A stretch of DNA of 64,000 nucleotides. It comes from Peribolospora baueri (lineage: Eukaryota). The stretch lies in contig JAMDHS010000052.1 in assembly GCA_029717555.1 (NCBI GenBank), positions 62,001-126,000 on the forward strand. Direction: 5' to 3'. Of this stretch, positions 1 through 12,770 are shown one piece after another. Made by a program: the position numbers and the translations under genes. Under the pieces are notes generated by a model. The model searched no databases. It was not told the DNA's origin and saw only the letters and a list, made by a program, of their open reading frames with translations. The stretch's first letter is position 1. Each line of letters opens with the position of its first letter.

Positions 1-870
1 CCGCAGGTCTGTGCACAACAGCAACATCGAGACGATTAGCCAAACAGAACGCAGCAACGAGTTCCTCAGCGGCTCTTCAACTTCTCCGCCGATTCACGGC
101 CACTCCAACCGTCATCTGTACCCACCCCGACGCCAGGCACAAGCTCACTGTTGACCCGCCAAATTTCTTCTACGTCGATCTCTCCCGCGCGGTAGTTCTT
201 CCAGTATGAGCGACAATCGGTGCAGGCGCCTATCCTCTTTCCCTCGTGCGAACCTGTGAGCATTGGCCCGGTCACGAGTTGAATGGCCGGCATGTCTGCG
301 GAAACGGCGCCCATGAGCTGAGCGGGCACCGTCTTGTCGCATCCACCGACGAGCACGACGGCGTCCATGGGCTGTGCTCGGATCATCTCCTCTGTGTCGA
401 TACTCATCAGGTTGCGCAGGAACATGGAAGTCGGATGCGAGAAGCTCTCATGGAGAGAGATGGTGGGAAAAGGAACTGGCAACGCTCCAGACAGCAGGAT
501 GCCCCGTTCGACGGCCTTGATTAGCGTGGGCACATTGCCGTGACATGGGTTGAAGCTCGAACTCGTGTCGACTATGCCGATGATGGGGCGGTCTAGAGCG
601 TCGTCGGAGAGTCCCGCTCCTTTGATGAATGCTTTACGGAGGAAGAGCGAGAACTCGTCATCGCCGCTAGAGATCAATAGCCGAGACAGTGAAGGTGATA
701 TTTCGCAAGTTCGATACTGTCAAGCAACACTCTTCCGCGTCGCGTCGCCAAGTAGCCGATGGGCACAGGGTTCCCGTCTTTACTCACTAAGACGCCAGGT
801 TCGATCGCAGCCCGTTACTCCGCGATTGCGATGGGTCTGCCTCTTGACTTTCCGTGATAGAAAGCTCCAT
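1..870 (-). CDS. Dihydroxy-acid / sugar-acid dehydratase (IlvD/Edd family), 3' part outside window
   Basis: Motifs NPCH, GGCDKTVPAQLMG, GACTDCR. Exon 1 starts at ATG 870; intron 787-667 (GTGAGT..CTAG) joins to give GLRSNLASYGDDEFSLFLRKAFIK. The next intron leads to PGVG|TCG at the window edge. Confidence 0.9.
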
Positions 871-1075
871 TGTGACTTCAGCTGAGGACGTTCAGAGAGC
901 CGAAGCGGAAGAGTGACCAGTCGGAGCAAGGAGGCGACGGGATACACCGCAATATGCGGGGAAGTATATAGCAGATCGTCGGACGCCGGCCCGAAGACGC
1001 CGATGCGAGCGGGCGGTTCATAAGAAGATCGGTAAAAGACATTGGATAAATGAAGGCAACCGGATGCTTATCGCG

Positions 1076-4000
1076 CTACAAGGCTCGCGCTGCACCTGTA
1101 AACCATTGCTGTTCCCTCTGCTGCTCCCGGAACCTCCGCCGCTCCCTAAACTGCCGTGTCGCCTCTGCGGCCTTCTCCTCGAGCCACTCGCAGCCATCGC
1201 GCCACTCGCAATTCCTGTTTCCGGGCGCCCGATGCATCGAACAAAATGGAATGATGAGACGACGGGATGAATGAGGAGACGTTGAACTTCCACACGAACG
1301 TACAGACCAGAAGACCTACTGGCATCGGATGGTATCCTCAACGCTAACCCCCCGCAACGGACGTTCTTCCATCCAAAACTGCAGCACATCGACGAGGTGC
1401 GCTTCCAAGGCGTCGTGATCATACACGAAAATGTCGCTACCGATGATGCGAGAGCTCGGGACAAAGGCTGATTCGGAGTCGCTGTCGCTGCCGGGCGGCT
1501 TGAGGTGAACCGAGGCAGATGAGGACGGATCGCTCTCGTTCGTTGGAGTGGGTGGAGATGGAATAGGGATGACTGGGAGCCGTGGTACGGTTGCTTTGGC
1601 CGCAAGGCGTACAGAGCGCCGCCGATCGCTTGGTCCTGGTTGCCCATGCTCCGAAGGCTCGTCTTGTCCGCCCGGGGCTACATCTGGTCGATTCGATGGC
1701 CCAGTGCCTGCCGCACTCGGCTTGCCTTCTTCTACCGCTTTCTGCAACGCTGTCTCGGAAGTTGTCGTCGCCGCTGGCGTCAATACCCCTGAAAGATTGG
1801 CATCGACCATCGCCACGTCCGCGTCTAACTCCATTGAAGCGTCCAACTGGGGTCCGTCCGTCCCGTCCGAAGTGGCAATCGTGGAGGGAGGTCGGAGATG
1901 AATGGTATGATCTTCCACGCCTGGACCAGACTGACCCGAACTGGTCAACAGATGCGCAAGGGCCTCCTTCTTCTGCTCGCCGGTGGACGCTGCATCAACG
2001 ATGGTCTGCAATCCCTCAGCCCCCAAACTCGCAAGGACGGCCGTCTCCACGGCCTGCTCGTCCGTCATACCTCTCTGAGCGTCTCGGAGCTCCAGAGACC
2101 GTTGACTACCAAACGCCGCATCTTCCCCTGCTGATGCCTCGCCTGCGTATTTCGCAGATGCTCTCGCTGATTCGTCTAGCCGTCCGTTGTTCCGCCACGT
2201 ACGATTACGCTTGGATCGACTGTACCGTTTATTCTGGGGGACTTGATGACGGTAGACAAGCTCGAGGCGGTCGTGCACTGGGCCGGCTGTAGACATGTGG
2301 CGGAGAAGAGCGCGGGCCATTTGATTCAGAGTCGGCCTCATTTCTATCGTGGTAGTCGACGTCGAGGTTGGATCATCATCAGTGTCTCCGCCCGGCTGCT
2401 TATGAGCGCTACTAGCATCGAAACCAAGGTCGAGATTACTACCGGCGCAGACGATGCCGACATCATGAGCGAAAGCCTCGCTGAGCGGCTCGGAAGGTTG
2501 TAGCTTCAACCGATCGAACAGGTCTGATAATTGAAGTGGTGCAGCGCTGGAGGTACACGAATGTGAGTCCGGAGCTTTACCCTCCTTTCTTCGCGTCGGA
2601 AGTGTGCCGCTGGGATGATGCAAGGCAGGTTTCTGAGAACTGTGACCTCCGGGTAGCTCTACAGCCGCCGATGGCGCTTCTGCGAGTTCCGCAGTGACGA
2701 GAGCATCCCATAACCGCTTGTAGACCATGAGTTGAAATTTAACGTGGGCGACCTGGCTAGAATGAGGCTTTCGCAAAGAGACGCGTGTCTTGGTGTCGCT
2801 GAGGTGGATAGTATGCGTGGGCATGGACGGAGACGAAGGCGTTCTGTCCCTTCGACGGCCTTTGGACGAACGTGACAAGGAGAAGAAAGAGTCGAGTTTG
2901 CTCTGTTTGCCGCTGGGTGATTTCACGGGTGACGAGCTCCGCTGACGCGGAGACGTTTGCTTGACTGATGCCTTTGTCTTGCGAGGGGTGCTCTCCGGAC
3001 GCACCAGCGGAACTCTGCGCAGCTCGTCAATGATGCCAAGGACGGGGTGACCATGTAGCAAGCCGAAAACAGGTATCTCTCGCTGATATGATCCAAGATG
3101 CGAAGATAAACCGGCATTAGCCTCTTCTCTCAAACAGGTAGACATAAGTAAACCATAGATCACAGACACATGTTCCTTCCTCCATAAGCGTCTGAATGCA
3201 GACGATCATGTTGAGCATGCGCAGCGCCCACCGGTCTTCTCTTGTGTGTGTAGCGACGGGAAGCGCAACTGGATGAATCTCCTTTTCCAGTTTCTTGTGC
3301 ATAGCCTGTCGGTGTAAAACGAGCCCACATTGTGTTGAGATTGAAGTGAATGGTGTCTCATCGTGGGCGTATGGGACGGCAGGTGCCCACCTTGCCACGA
3401 TCCATGACCTTCTCTCGGTTCTGAGCGACGGCCTTCTCCATCTTGATCTCCTTTCCCTTCGCCGTTACTATCGTCTCTGGGCGGTCCCGTACTCTTCGTG
3501 AGCGCTGACCTCGAATGCCGTAGTCCATGGCGTACTCGCACCACGCTGGCGCGACGAGATCGGAAACGCTAAAGCAGCCTTTGCGCAAGTAGAGTTGCAA
3601 CGGCGACAGAGTAGGCCTAGGAGGAGTCGACAAGACAGAGAGAAGAGCTGGGAGTGGGCCAATGTGCATACTTTCATACTTCAGTTCATATGATAAAAGG
3701 TGAAAATGAAGAGCGGAGCTTACCCTCTTCGCTGCCCAAGATTTCGATCAGTTCCCGGAGTTCTTGCTGTGCTAGCCTGTCCTGGGCGCTGGCCCCTTGC
3801 TGCTCTATCTCAAGCGCGGCCAAAGGAGACACGCTCTCTTCAGCATCTCCAACATCATCATCTCCCGCTCCTGGCTCTACGTCTCCCAAAGAATCCGATG
3901 AACGCTTGAACGCTTGGCCAGTGGTCTTCGGCAGGGGCGAGGTGGTGGCGAGGAGAGGAGAGGGTGCGGGGGCGGTCTGTGACTGAAATTGGGATTCGTA

Positions 4001-4159
4001 TGCGACAAGCTCTTCCTCTGCGGCAAAGTCCCATTGGAGACTCTCGAACAGGGCGTCCGAGTCGAGGTGTTGGCCATCGTGGTCTGTCATCGCGCCATCC
4101 TTCCCGACCGTCGTCTTAGGACCGCTTTGGGCGACCTTCGGTATCACCTCCGCGTCCAT
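1076..4159 (-). CDS. EXO5: Exonuclease V (Exo5/Dem1 family), multi-exon
   Basis: SVSDLVAPAWCE, MHKKLEKEIHP, REIPVFG, GIIDEL, SDTKTR, QLMVYK motifs. The spliced last exon gives CQNCEWRDGCEW, completing the four Fe-S cysteines. Confidence 0.88.
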
Positions 4160-4306
4160 TTACGCGATTAGACGTATCACACGCGCCTTCGATTTGCCGC
4201 AGCAGTGGAATTCGCACGCCGTCGCTACCTAAGCTTCGATCCGCCGGCGACGTTGAGAACAGTCGTTAGTTTAAACACTCGTCACCGACTTGCCCCCACC
4301 GTCAGA

Positions 4307-5711
4307 ATGTCACAGGATCCGATCGCCCTGGCCTCTTCTCTCCTCCTCCAGTCCCCTCCAGGAGAGGTCAACGACGTCTTCAACGACATCCGCGCCATTG
4401 TCGGCAATGACGAGGCGCTCACCCAGTCCGTTATCCGTGTCCTCGAGGAGTACAACACCGAGCAGTTCATCGGCGCCAAGCTCGACGGCCAGAGCCATGA
4501 GGTGGGTTTACCTGTGCTGTGCCTTGAGAATACCATCCCGCAGGCCCCTCACCTCATCGTTGCTTGCGTACCGTTCTCGTCTCTTCATATCCCTCAGGTG
4601 ATCATCTCCAGATCCGGACAACTGTCCTCAGACCCTTCCCGTTTCGTAGACCCGCGCTCGCGTCAGTCCTTCCGTTTCGACCATCTCCGACTCATTGCCG
4701 ATGACCTGCAACCGATCCCTGTTGATGATGAGGTCGAAGAAGTCCGGTGAGTCGAGTCGGACCTGCACGTGTTCTTTTTGGCCACGCCGGCTTGAACCTT
4801 CTAAGTCCGAGCTGACTTTGCATCCATGCCCATCTCTTACTTTCTTCGTCCAATTTGTAGCAATGCTCTAGACAAAGCGACCGCATTGTATGTTTCGGAC
4901 CATTACCGGGAAGGTATTTGCACTGTATATGCGCTGCCCCACCCTACCACACCAACCGCGTCCACAGCGCCCTCCCCACCGGTCGGCGCCGGGGACGAGG
5001 AAAACACAGAGGCCGAGATCAAGGCGAGCGAGGAGGGTGTGGACTCTGCTGTAGAAGCCGTGGAGAAGGCTGGACAAGAGGGACAAGGCGCAACAGGAGC
5101 TGCTGGGGGAGGAAAGGAAAAGACGAAGTATGTCGTCCACATTGTTGGAAACAGGTACAAGACGCAGAGCTATTGGTGAGGTTCAGGAGTCGGCTATATT
5201 CCCTGCCCGAACGACGTTCCCGGACGCAGTATCGATGAATTGGAGCGTGCTCATTTCACCATTCTTCGCTCTTCATGCAGGACCGGCCGATGGCGCTCGT
5301 CCTACGTCATCGACCCCAAGTCACTCTCAGTCCGCGCCTCGATCCTAGTCAATGTTCATTACTACGAGCAAGGCAACGTGCAACTTTCCACCAATTTCCC
5401 GACCAACTTCACCCTCTCTCCTACCTCCTCTTCTCCCGCCGATCTGGCGAAGGCATTCCTGACCGCTTTGCAGAAACACGAGGGCGCCTATCAAACCGCT
5501 CTCAACGACGCATATTCAGACCTCGGGGACAAAGCCTTCAAGGGCCTCCGGAGGGCCCTACCTTTGACGAGGCAGAAACTGGATTGGGATAAAGTGAGCG
5601 GGAGTGATTCTTATTTTGGAAATTTCGCTGACTGACCCCTTGACATGTGGGTTTCTCTACGAATCTCCGCAGGTTATGAACTACAAGCTCGGTGCAGAGC
5701 TGCGCGGGTGA
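4307..5711 (+). CDS. CAP1: F-actin capping protein alpha subunit, multi-exon
   Basis: LLQSPPGEVNDVFNDIR, TGRWRS, VNVHYYEQGNVQL, FKGLRRALPLTRQKLDWDKV; last exon VMNYKLGAELRG-stop. Confidence 0.95.
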
Positions 5712-6256
5712 TCGATATCGGGTCGGTCAGATGGCTCAATGGAGTGTTTTGTGTAACTAGTCACTGCTGTCTTTCGTCCGCTTATCACGTCCTCATTTGT
5801 TCGCATACCCATTTATGGAACTGAACCTCAATTACCACCGACTGCGCTGTGCGATTGGTTCGAATGGATCGCCCCAGTCGGAGGTGCGATAATCTAAGTG
5901 TAGGCTGAGAGCCGGCACTCCTTACGCAGCGCAATTCTATGCCTCTGCAGCGCTGTGGATCAAAGATTCAAAACAACCGTTCATCTACAACTTCGAAGAC
6001 CGTTCCCAGTCTGACCTTCGTACCCAGTTCTTCCTTCCATTATTCTGGATATCAAGTTTGGCCAATTACAAGCAAACAAGGCGAACGAACTGATCACTGC
6101 TCACGGCAGCGGGACTTCCTTCCCATCTGGGCTGACCATTTCACAGATCCATCAGAGGCGAAGAGTAGGCACAGCGTGGTGCTTCAAACGCACTTAGTCC
6201 GATGTGCCAAGGTGCCGAATCGCCCTTCCGACTGGGAGGAGGCGCCTTCGCCCTTG

Positions 6257-9200
6257 TCACCGCTCTCCGCAATCGCTTCGCTCGTTCGCCTCCTTCATCC
6301 GCCGGAAAAAGTCAGCTTTCCTATTCCTCCCCAACGACTTCACCAAGCTCGCCATGAACCGCTCGTCCTTGCGCACGGACCACCCCTGCCTTCGCATCCA
6401 CTGCAGCGTCTCGAGCGCCTTTTGGAGTTCGCCTATTTCGACGTACGCTAGCGTGGCGAGGATGGACGTGCCTCTGTACAGGCGTCGGTCGGCTTCCGTG
6501 CTGCCTCCTGCGGTCGCGTTGGCGTCGATGTCAGATCGGCGGGCAAAAATTTTCTCAAGAATGGCGTCGATGACAGATCGCAGCGTCGGTTTGGCTGCGC
6601 GAAACGTCTTCTGGGATCCCCAAGAGGCGCACTTGCGGACTCCCATCATCAGCCGGGTGGCTGTACCTTCATCGAGTCGGTCACGTTGGCTGGCAAGGAG
6701 GTGGAGCTCAAGGGCAGCCTCGAGGGTTGACGGGGTAGGATGCGAGCCATTTGGCACCCATGCCACCCTGCGGTGTTCTTGAGCCCCAGCCTCGTCCTTC
6801 TCCCGCTCGTGTGCCTCCTCCCCCAAGGATGACTCTTCCTTCGCCACACGTTCCCAGCCAGCCAACCTACTGGCCAACAAGTTGAGAAGCTCAGGGTTGG
6901 GTCTGAAGCCATTACGTATATCTTTCCGAAGGGTTTGGAGCTGCTCCGTCGGACTGCGCCGATCTGCCCGCAGAGCTTTGTCCTTCTCTATGTGCCCCAG
7001 ACTCCCGTAACCGGCCAACATAGAACGCGATGACAGGTGAGTGGCGATCCGATCTTCGCCCGCATCGAGGGCCGCCGCGATAAGACAGGAGAAAGTGATT
7101 CGATTGGGTGTGACTCCGGCTTGTTCAGCGCGATTAAGTAACCTCACGGCTCTGCGCACGCCTGTTGCTCCGGTGCCAGCCACAGCCTGTAGCAGGACAG
7201 TAATATCGACGATGTTGGGTACGGTTCGGCTGTTGAGCAGTGCTCGAAAAGCGCGGAACGCTTGAGGGAAGTCGTCGACGAGAAAATAGGCGTGCGCAAG
7301 CGAGGTGAGGTCGTCGTGCGAGAGCTTGGACAGAGTCAGATGGTCATTGGCGTTCCTGGCCGTCCGGAATGCTTCAATCACCTCGCGAGCGAAGTCGATG
7401 TCCGAAGATTTCGAATTTGAAACGAAGAGTTTGACGAGGGACACCATACATCTTGCGCTTGGCGGCCGGTACTCATACCAGAGGCGGCGAGCAGGTTCGA
7501 AGAGGCCAGACTTGGCGACGCAAGTCACAAGGCGGCTCTGGTGAGCGGGGCCAATATTTGGCCGGGTCTCTTCCCGCAACAGAGCCAGTAGATCTGAGCG
7601 CTCCTGACGAGCGGAAAAGTAAGAAGCCAGTTCCGTGAAGGATCGGTCATCGCTCGGTGCTATCCGAGTGCGACGGAAGAGAGACGCCGCAGGCTGGAGC
7701 TCGTTTACGCTGACCGCGGTGCGATAGATGGCATCGATGGCAGGCCTGAGGGAATTGAGAACCGTGGGTGGACAACTGTCTCGATCCCGAAGCAGCTGTT
7801 CCACCGTAGACACAGCGAATAGGACATTTTCCGGCAGCTCAGAGGCACAGAGGGTCCAGACGACGTCGTCAAGGATGCGCGCGGGCGGATAGGCAGCTGC
7901 GCCAGCCTGTGAAGTCCGCAGCTGCCGAACAAGATCGGTCAGCACTTTTGTAGCCAAACCGAGCTGGCCATGTTGGAGGAGGGAGTGAATAAGGGTGCCA
8001 AAGACGGTGACTTCGAACGTCAGATCAGGTCCTTGGAAGTGCCAACTACCGGTCTTGGCTAGGGCGATCGCCGTCTTGCCGTCGAGGAGCTCCTTCCTTT
8101 GCGCTTCCCACGTCTCGCGCCACATTCTTCCGCTCAGCTCTCCTTCGCTTACGGCCGCCTTGGAGATCGCATGCCGACGTTCGACGAGATAGTCGAGGAT
8201 GCGGAGCGCATCTTTCCTCCCGCCCACCTCCTGGTCCAGTAGCCAGCGTAGTACCATGATCCCGCGCCTCAAGCTGAAAAAAGGACGTGCTTGCGAGGAC
8301 TCCTGAGTCGAATCGCCACGCGCCAACCCGTCGAGAGGCGAAAAAAGACCTCGCTCCATCAAAGCCTGTACGACGGGCAACAGAGTGCCTAAGCGTCGAG
8401 GTCGAGAGGCAATGAGGACGAGAAGGCGCCTTGCTAAGGTCATCGAAATACCTTGCGGGAGGTGAAAGTCGTGGCGATCTTCTTCAAACCGACTTGTCGT
8501 CGGTGACTCGGAAACATCTTGGACCGTAGAGGTCGAGATCGAGGTCGACGCCGGCACACGCAACAAGTCGAAAACGGCAACCAGCACGTGGGCATCTTTC
8601 TCGAAAGAGTATACGACGGCCGAACGCAGCATGGCTTCTACAGCCAAATGGCGACGTGAAGAGCCAGCCTGAGCACCGAATCCCGGTCTTTCGGCGGAAC
8701 AGGGCCGCCTAAGGTCTTGCAGCAAGCATGCGAGCACTTCTCCGTATCCGCGGCGAAAAACTATAGCGGCTAGATGAGCCAAGCCCTGGTCGGTGATTTC
8801 CCCAAGATGGAGGGGAGAGCGATGTCGCAGAGTCAGATATGCCGTTATGACGTCCTCCGCTTGAGGAAAGACGTCGGAAGAACCGGAGATATGCTCGAAG
8901 GGAGTGCGACCCTGGGCAGCGTTGATTACGTTCACCAGGTCCGAATCGGAGTGGTCTCCCGGTGAGATGCCGAAGAGCGCAGGAGAGGATGAAAATACGG
9001 GAGAGTCTTCGTGAGGGTCTTCGATTACGTTTTCGTTGTCCCTAACATCCCGTGGTGCTCGCATGTACGCCGTCCAAAGAGCGCCAGCATGGGCTTCGTC
9101 GGCGAACCTAGAGGAAGAAGTGAAACTCCTCATCGAAGCATGCTGCGCTTGACATCGATGCTTGACGGCGGATGTTTGGCGTGGTAACGACGACGAAAAT

Positions 9201-9552
9201 GGCCTGGAGACGCTCCCATCTGAGCGGGTGATGAAGGACGGACGCGCGTCATCTTGACCGCATCTGGAAAAGAGCAAAGGCGAAAGGCGCGACGTGAGCT
9301 AGCGACAGGACGGCGAAGACGGGCGGCTCAATGCGTCTTCGCACAAACTCACCTTCTAAGCAGGTCATCCACCGTCCTCTGTGATTCCCCCTCCATCCTG
9401 TCATCCTCTCGGTCTGCATCCTGCGTGAAACCGCCCCAGCCCTCCGCCGCCATTTGCCATCGGTGCCCTCCCTCCCGACTTGCAGCAAGTCTGGCGGCCC
9501 GCGAGCTCAGAACGGATGCAACCAACCGACGCGAAACTGGTCTGGCATGCAT
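6257..9552 (-). CDS. Pentatricopeptide-repeat-like protein, probably mitochondrial
   Basis: 1006-aa ORF with PPR-like helices (VPNIVDITVLLQAVA, GVTPNRITFSCLIAAAL). Upstream exon MHARPVSRRLVASVLSS (presequence-like) joins in frame through a GTGAGT..CAG intron at about 9352-9264. Confidence 0.72.
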
Positions 9553-9944
9553 ACTGCTGCTCTACCGCATCAATGAAGAACAATTAAAAAAAAAAAAAGA
9601 AAAAAAAATATGGCATAAAGACGAAAAGGGTAGAGAGTCGTGGAAAGAAGGAAGGTACGGAAGGGAGAGCTGCAACGAAGCACTTGCTGCGGCACCTTAG
9701 AAAGAGCGACTGAGTTTTCTGATTGCTGCGGGCCATCTCAAATGGTCACGTGATTCGCTTGGAACAGAGCGCGCTGACATCGTACAACAAGCATCGAGAG
9801 ACTCCCGTTGAAGGGAGGAAGAAATGAAGGAAGGAGTGATAGCGGACAAGTAGCGGCTAGGAAACGAAAGAGTACAATGACAGAGAGGCAAAGAAACGCA
9901 AGTTGCGGCAAGGGAAAGACAAACGCGACGCAGTTCAGGGGAGT

Positions 9945-12770
9945 TCACTTGTTTTTTACGACCACCCTCCCCCTACCGGGACCCATCTTGACCTTCGCCT
10001 TTCCAGACGCAGGACTAGCGGCCGAAGCTCTCCTAGCAGCCTCTTCAGCCTCAAGCGCCAGGGCGGCCGCACTTGGAACCTTGGTCTTGGCTTTCTCATG
10101 AGGGTGGAGGAGGATGCTGAACGCAGAGTGCTTCTCCTTGCCCCCACTCACGTGCTGGCCATGGCCGTGATCACCCACACCGGAATAACCGCTGGACAGC
10201 GAGGCCACGTCGCTGGCTGTCCCTCCGCTCGACGTCTGGAAGCTCTCCGTGTTTCCACCTAGTTTGTTCGCCTTGTTGTTTCCCGAACGACCACCGAGGG
10301 CGAGTGCCTTGAATTTCGCATGGCCGCGCTTCTCGGCCGACACTGAAGACGTCAGCTCGTTGCTAGGACTAAGGTTTGCAGTCGTGGTATTGAAGCGAAA
10401 GGCAGAGGCGGTGTCGGATGGGTCGCTGGACGAAGATCTATGTGGGTAGAGCGGAGGAGACGCGGAAGGCCGTTGAACGGAGAACTGGTGCGAAGCGGCC
10501 TGCTGTGCACGCGCAGCGCGAGCGTGGGCATGAGCTTGTCTGAGCTGTGGGGGCGCAGGCGCGCCGGCAGCCAAAGAAGGTGAAGAGGACGGCGGCAGCC
10601 ACGGCGAGTGCATGGGCTGAGATGATGTTAGGTCAGCAACGGCCGCAGTCCCTGGCGGAACCGACGAAGTGGCCGCCATGAGCATCTTTTCCAGGTGCGC
10701 CACCTTCTCTGCGAGAGCCAAAACCTGGGCATTCTCGAGAGCGTGGTGGCTGAACGGCGGGGTGTGCTCCAGCGGGCGCTTAGTGATGCTCCACCTCTTT
10801 GAAGGGGAGGAAGAAAGGGCCTGCATGACGTGGAGATTCTCCAACGACGACCGTGACCTCTCAGAGCCGCCTTCCTCTTCCGGTGGGAACCATTCGCAAC
10901 CAGGATGTCCCGCAAAGGCGTTGCTTCCCAGTGGCTGCTGCGAAAGCTGGCCTGGGGGTGGCGGAGGAAGTGGCTCACGAGGCGGAGGTCCACGAGGTGG
11001 GAGACCCGACCGCACGTATTCGGCGGGCGGCGAACAACGGAAAGATGGTTGGACCGTTACCGCGGGTCCGTTCGGTCGTCGACTGTGCGGATCGGGCCCA
11101 TGACCGACGTGCTGGGCAGCATCTCCTTGAAATCGTTCTCCGGCTTGTGCCCTGAGGGAGGCGCTTGGAAGCAGGAGCGGCACACCAGGCTCGATGGGCA
11201 GTGTGGAGGCGGATGATAGGGACCGGCTGAGCAACGAGGACAAGTCAGTGGTCGTCGCCGTGGGAGAACGGTCCGAGGCGGTTGTCCAGAGGGCGTCCGC
11301 GTGGACTTCCGACTTTTGTGGATAGGCGTGTGGGAAGCGACCGTCGTCGGACCGATAGGCGAGAGGAGAGGACCGGTATCGCGCTGGTTCCTGGAGGGAC
11401 GACCGGGAGCTGGTGACAGAAGGGCGAGGCGATTCCGGATAGTGCCCTCTGATCTGAAGTTGCCGCTCGTGGTCTCGTTCGCGCTCCAGCTTCAACTCGA
11501 TCTCACGGCCGAATCCGCCAGAGAAAGGCAGGGAGACGAAGCTGTCTTTAGAGTCTTGCCGAGGAGGAGGGGGACCAGCGCGCCACCTATCCTCAGGAGA
11601 CATATCCGCCTCCCACCTGCGCTCCCTCTCTCGGTCATTATCCCAATCCCTCCGCATCAATCTCCCTTGTCTTCGCTCCCACTCTCGGTTTTGTTCGAGT
11701 CCGAACTCCCATGTCCTCCCCTCTCCCTCCCACTCTCTCCTCGCCTCCCACTCTCTCTCCCTCGCCGCCTCCCACTGCCCCCTTGCGCCCTTTCGTCCCT
11801 CCCATTCCACCTCCTCCGTCCATCGTCGTCGTTCTTTGCGGTCTTGCATCTGCCCCTGCAGCAGCTCTACTTGTTTTCGGAGCTCCTCCATCTCCAGCCA
11901 CTGGTTCTCTGACAACAAAGTCGACGACGATCGACCGTGTCGATCGGCCGACGACGACGAGACGGGCAGCTGGCTCGGTGCGAGAGCGACAGACGAGGCG
12001 CTCGCCGGCGTGGACGGACACGGTTGGGCGGGAGGGTGCAATTTTCCGTCGACCGTCTTCTGCTCGACGAGAGCGTTCTCTGGCAGCGTCTGGTGCACCA
12101 AGATGGATGGGGAAGACCGGAGGGCGCGATCGGCGGCGGTAGCTTCGACTGACGGTCGTGGAGAGACTTCGAAGGGCGTATCAGGCCAAGCTGCGCTCAT
12201 CGCATCCGAGTGGTCGCCGTCCTCTTCCCTCAACTTGTCCTCCTCCGGCTCGGCCAGCACCTCGTCCGGTTCATCCTCCCTCTGGACTCGGACGCTTGCA
12301 TGGACGGGCTGCGAGAGTTGTGTCTCAGCTGGGGCGGCGGCCGCGCCTTCCATCCCTCCTCGCCATTCTTCAAGAGTCATGGAGGTGGCGGACTGAAGCG
12401 GGGCGCCAGAGGTCCGAGACGGGGCGGCGGATGGAGAGAGCCTGGCGAGGAAAGTCCTGAGCTCGTCGAGCTCCCTCTCTGCCGCCGCCGCGTCCGCGTC
12501 CAGACCGGCCGAGTCGGCATCGTCGGAAGAGCGGCCCGTGCTCAATCGCACGTTGTCCGCCGTGGAGGGGTGCCGACCTTGGCACTGGTCGCCGTTTCGT
12601 CCCGAAGCAATGTCCAGCGGCGTGGTAGAGAAGGAAGACGAGTAAGAGGTGGGAGTGGCGGCGTTAGTGGCCATGTCGCGCAGTTCGTTGTCGTCGTTGT
12701 CTTCGCGGGTCGGGATCACGCCAAGGCCGTTTCGTGAGACTCGTTCCGTGAGACCCGACCTAGGTGGCAC
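9945..12770 (-). CDS. Hypothetical low-complexity protein (941 aa, intronless, coiled-coil and W/E/R-rich segment)
   Basis: Long uninterrupted ORF; shares motifs with the neighbouring ORF. Start codon uncertain (first ATG is near 12675). Confidence 0.7.
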   Translation of the reverse strand: MPPRSGLTERVSRNGLGVIPTREDNDDNELRDMATNAATPTSYSSSFSTTPLDIASGRNGDQCQGRHPSTADNVRLSTGRSSDDADSAGLDADAAAAERELDELRTFLARLSPSAAPSRTSGAPLQSATSMTLEEWRGGMEGAAAAPAETQLSQPVHASVRVQREDEPDEVLAEPEEDKLREEDGDHSDAMSAAWPDTPFEVSPRPSVEATAADRALRSSPSILVHQTLPENALVEQKTVDGKLHPPAQPCPSTPASASSVALAPSQLPVSSSSADRHGRSSSTLLSENQWLEMEELRKQVELLQGQMQDRKERRRWTEEVEWEGRKGARGQWEAAREREWEARREWEGEGRTWEFGLEQNREWERRQGRLMRRDWDNDRERERRWEADMSPEDRWRAGPPPPRQDSKDSFVSLPFSGGFGREIELKLERERDHERQLQIRGHYPESPRPSVTSSRSSLQEPARYRSSPLAYRSDDGRFPHAYPQKSEVHADALWTTASDRSPTATTTDLSSLLSRSLSSASTLPIEPGVPLLLPSASLRAQAGERFQGDAAQHVGHGPDPHSRRPNGPAVTVQPSFRCSPPAEYVRSGLPPRGPPPREPLPPPPPGQLSQQPLGSNAFAGHPGCEWFPPEEEGGSERSRSSLENLHVMQALSSSPSKRWSITKRPLEHTPPFSHHALENAQVLALAEKVAHLEKMLMAATSSVPPGTAAVADLTSSQPMHSPWLPPSSSPSLAAGAPAPPQLRQAHAHARAARAQQAASHQFSVQRPSASPPLYPHRSSSSDPSDTASAFRFNTTTANLSPSNELTSSVSAEKRGHAKFKALALGGRSGNNKANKLGGNTESFQTSSGGTASDVASLSSGYSGVGDHGHGQHVSGGKEKHSAFSILLHPHEKAKTKVPSAAALALEAEEAARRASAASPASGKAKVKMGPGRGRVVVKNK

